DNA of 20,000 bases from assembly GCA_016180645.1 (NCBI GenBank), contig JACPAV010000024.1:116085-136084 (forward strand), read 5' to 3'. Positions 18,767 to 20,000 of the stretch are shown here, piece after piece (positions within the stretch are counted from its first letter, which is position 1; every line of letters starts with the position of its first letter). Made by a program: the position numbers and the translations under genes. The stretch comes from Nitrospirota bacterium. Lineage in GTDB: Bacteria > JACPQY01. Under the pieces are notes generated by a model, which did not search any database, had not been told where the DNA came from, and was given only the letters and a program-made list of their open reading frames with translations.

Positions 18767-19360
18767 TCACCCCGGATACCCTCGTTTCCGAGCCACATCG
18801 GCCAGGCTCGTTCTCAAGGACTTGCGCGCGCGGTGGAGGCGCGACCCGACCGTCCCGCCCGGCAGATTCAGCGCCTTTGAGATTTCCTGGTAGTTGAACC
18901 CTTCCACATCGAACAACCACACGACCGCGCGCGATTCTTCGTCAAGCTTGTGGAAGGCCTCACGGATATCGTCGTCCTGAAAGTCCTCCATCGCGTCGAG
19001 CGCGATCTGGTCCTGAGCGGAAAATATGTACCGAGTCTCGGCGGCCTGCGACTCCATCGTCTTGATCTCCCTGACGCGGCGCCGGTACCGGTCGATGAAA
19101 AGACGGGTCAGTGTCGTCACGAGCCATGCCCGCGCTTTGGGCAGGTTTTCAAAACGGGGTTTGCTCTCGATCAACCTGACGTAGGTGTCTTGGACCAGAT
19201 CACCCGCATGCTCCCGGTTCGCTGTCATCCGGTACGCCATCCGGTAAAGGACATTACTCTGATCGAGCAGCTCTTCCGTGGCGACGGGCCCCGGAGGGGA
19301 CACGGGCTCATCCGCCTCCGGTCGGCGGCCGGTTTTCCAGCGCAACATGGCTCGGATCAC
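18767..19360 (-). CDS. ECF sigma-70 family RNA polymerase sigma factor
   Basis: Region 2 LYRMAYRMT...DLVQDTY...AWL and region 4 DVEGFNYQEISKALNLPGGTVGSRLHRAR. Confidence 0.92.
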   Translation of the reverse strand: MIRAMLRWKTGRRPEADEPVSPPGPVATEELLDQSNVLYRMAYRMTANREHAGDLVQDTYVRLIESKPRFENLPKARAWLVTTLTRLFIDRYRRRVREIKTMESQAAETRYIFSAQDQIALDAMEDFQDDDIREAFHKLDEESRAVVWLFDVEGFNYQEISKALNLPGGTVGSRLHRARKSLRTSLADVARKRGYPG

Positions 19361-19648
19361 CCGTCGTCGTTCAAGAGTCGATCAATCTGCTGCTGAAAGG
19401 ACGCGTAGGGCAGGGCGCCGGAAATCACAACGCCGGTTACGGTTTTCTTTTTCTTGTCCAGTCGCCCCAGGATGAAACCGGGCGTTCCGCCGATCCCGGC
19501 GGCTTGGGCTTCGGAGGAATCCGCGCGGACGTGACCCGCCGATTCGCCGTTTTGGAGGCAGGTGTTGAACGTTGATGTCTTGAGCCCGATCCCCTTGACA
19601 TCCCGCCCAGAGAACACAAGCTGCAAGAATGACACGAACCTGATTCAT
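19357..19648 (-). pseudogene. DsbA-family lipoprotein, internally deleted and frameshifted
   Basis: Lipoprotein leader MNQVRVILAACVLWAGC in one frame. DsbA-type C-terminus (GIGGTPGFILG...ISGALPYASFQQQID) in another. No CxxC segment. Confidence 0.7.
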
Positions 19649-19668
19649 CTTTGACTCTTACTTATTGT

Positions 19669-19694
19669 AACGAACGAGAGGCGAGGTTTCTTCC
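19669..19694 (-). promoter_or_regulatory. Candidate ECF (SigR/SigH-like) autoregulatory promoter
   Basis: Minus strand GGAAG-N18-GTT about 20 nt upstream of the first gene of the ECF operon. Confidence 0.4.
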
Positions 19695-19708
19695 TTTCAT
19701 CGCCCTGT

Positions 19709-19836
19709 AGAGCCTATCCCAAAACCCCACGGAACCGGAGCGGGATTCGCGGAGCCTAAAGGCTCCGCTACAGCCGGAAAACGAACTCTCCGTAGCGGGC
19801 ACTTCAGGGTCCGCGATACGTTTTGGGATAGGCTCT
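19709..19836. mobile_element. 128-bp MITE-like element with perfect 17-bp terminal inverted repeats
   Basis: AGAGCCTATCCCAAAAC (19709-19725) / GTTTTGGGATAGGCTCT (19820-19836). Two internal GTAG-type hairpins. No transposase. Confidence 0.7.
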
Positions 19837-19884
19837 CAGATCGACTTTTGCCATTTTTTGAAAGGTTTATGTTCGTCATTATGC

Positions 19885-20000
19885 GTAGGGGAGGGTCTTC
19901 CGACCCTCCCGACAAGAGGGAGCAAGTAGGGGAGGGTCTTCAGACCCTCCCGACAAGAGGGAGCAAGTAGGGGAGGGTCTTCAGACCCTCCCGACAAGAG
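19885..20000 (+). repeat. Tandem array of a 41-bp GTAG-type REP unit (about 2.8 copies, runs off the window)
   Basis: GTAGGGGAGGGTCTTC(C/A)GACCCTCCCGACAAGAGGGAGCAA starts at 19885, 19926 and 19967, with internal hairpin GGGAGGGTC/GACCCTCCC. Confidence 0.9.

Noticed and set aside
19885-20000. CRISPR array
   Set aside because: Sequence between hairpins is identical in each unit (no unique spacers) and there are no cas genes in the window.

Overview
GC-rich bacterial (Gram-negative-type) window with three blocks. (1) 1-6118: the 3' part of a FadL-like outer-membrane barrel gene, a minus-strand pair encoding a PaaK-like adenylate-forming protein and a 7TM/GAF-like/pseudo-receiver/Fis-HTH membrane regulator, and a divergent hybrid histidine kinase. 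(2) 6251-13435: an extended mercury/heavy-metal gene run on the minus strand. It contains a merT-merP fusion, merA, a CopZ-type Cys-rich protein, small Cys peptides, an outer-membrane barrel, a probable selenocysteine (UxxC) HMA protein hidden by an in-frame TGA, and a broken multiheme cytochrome c. No merR lies in the window; the run is preceded by a sigma54 promoter and a divergent PAS(C-x8-C-x3-C)-AAA+-HTH activator. (3) 13563-19648: an ECF sigma/zinc anti-sigma thiol-redox operon (dsbA fragment, peroxiredoxin-like, exported YyaL-like, DsbD-like), followed by a MITE-like element and GTAG-type REP repeats. Several genes appear to have lost their middles while keeping both ends, either by real decay or by assembly artefact. 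All family calls are from motif recognition only; no searches were run.
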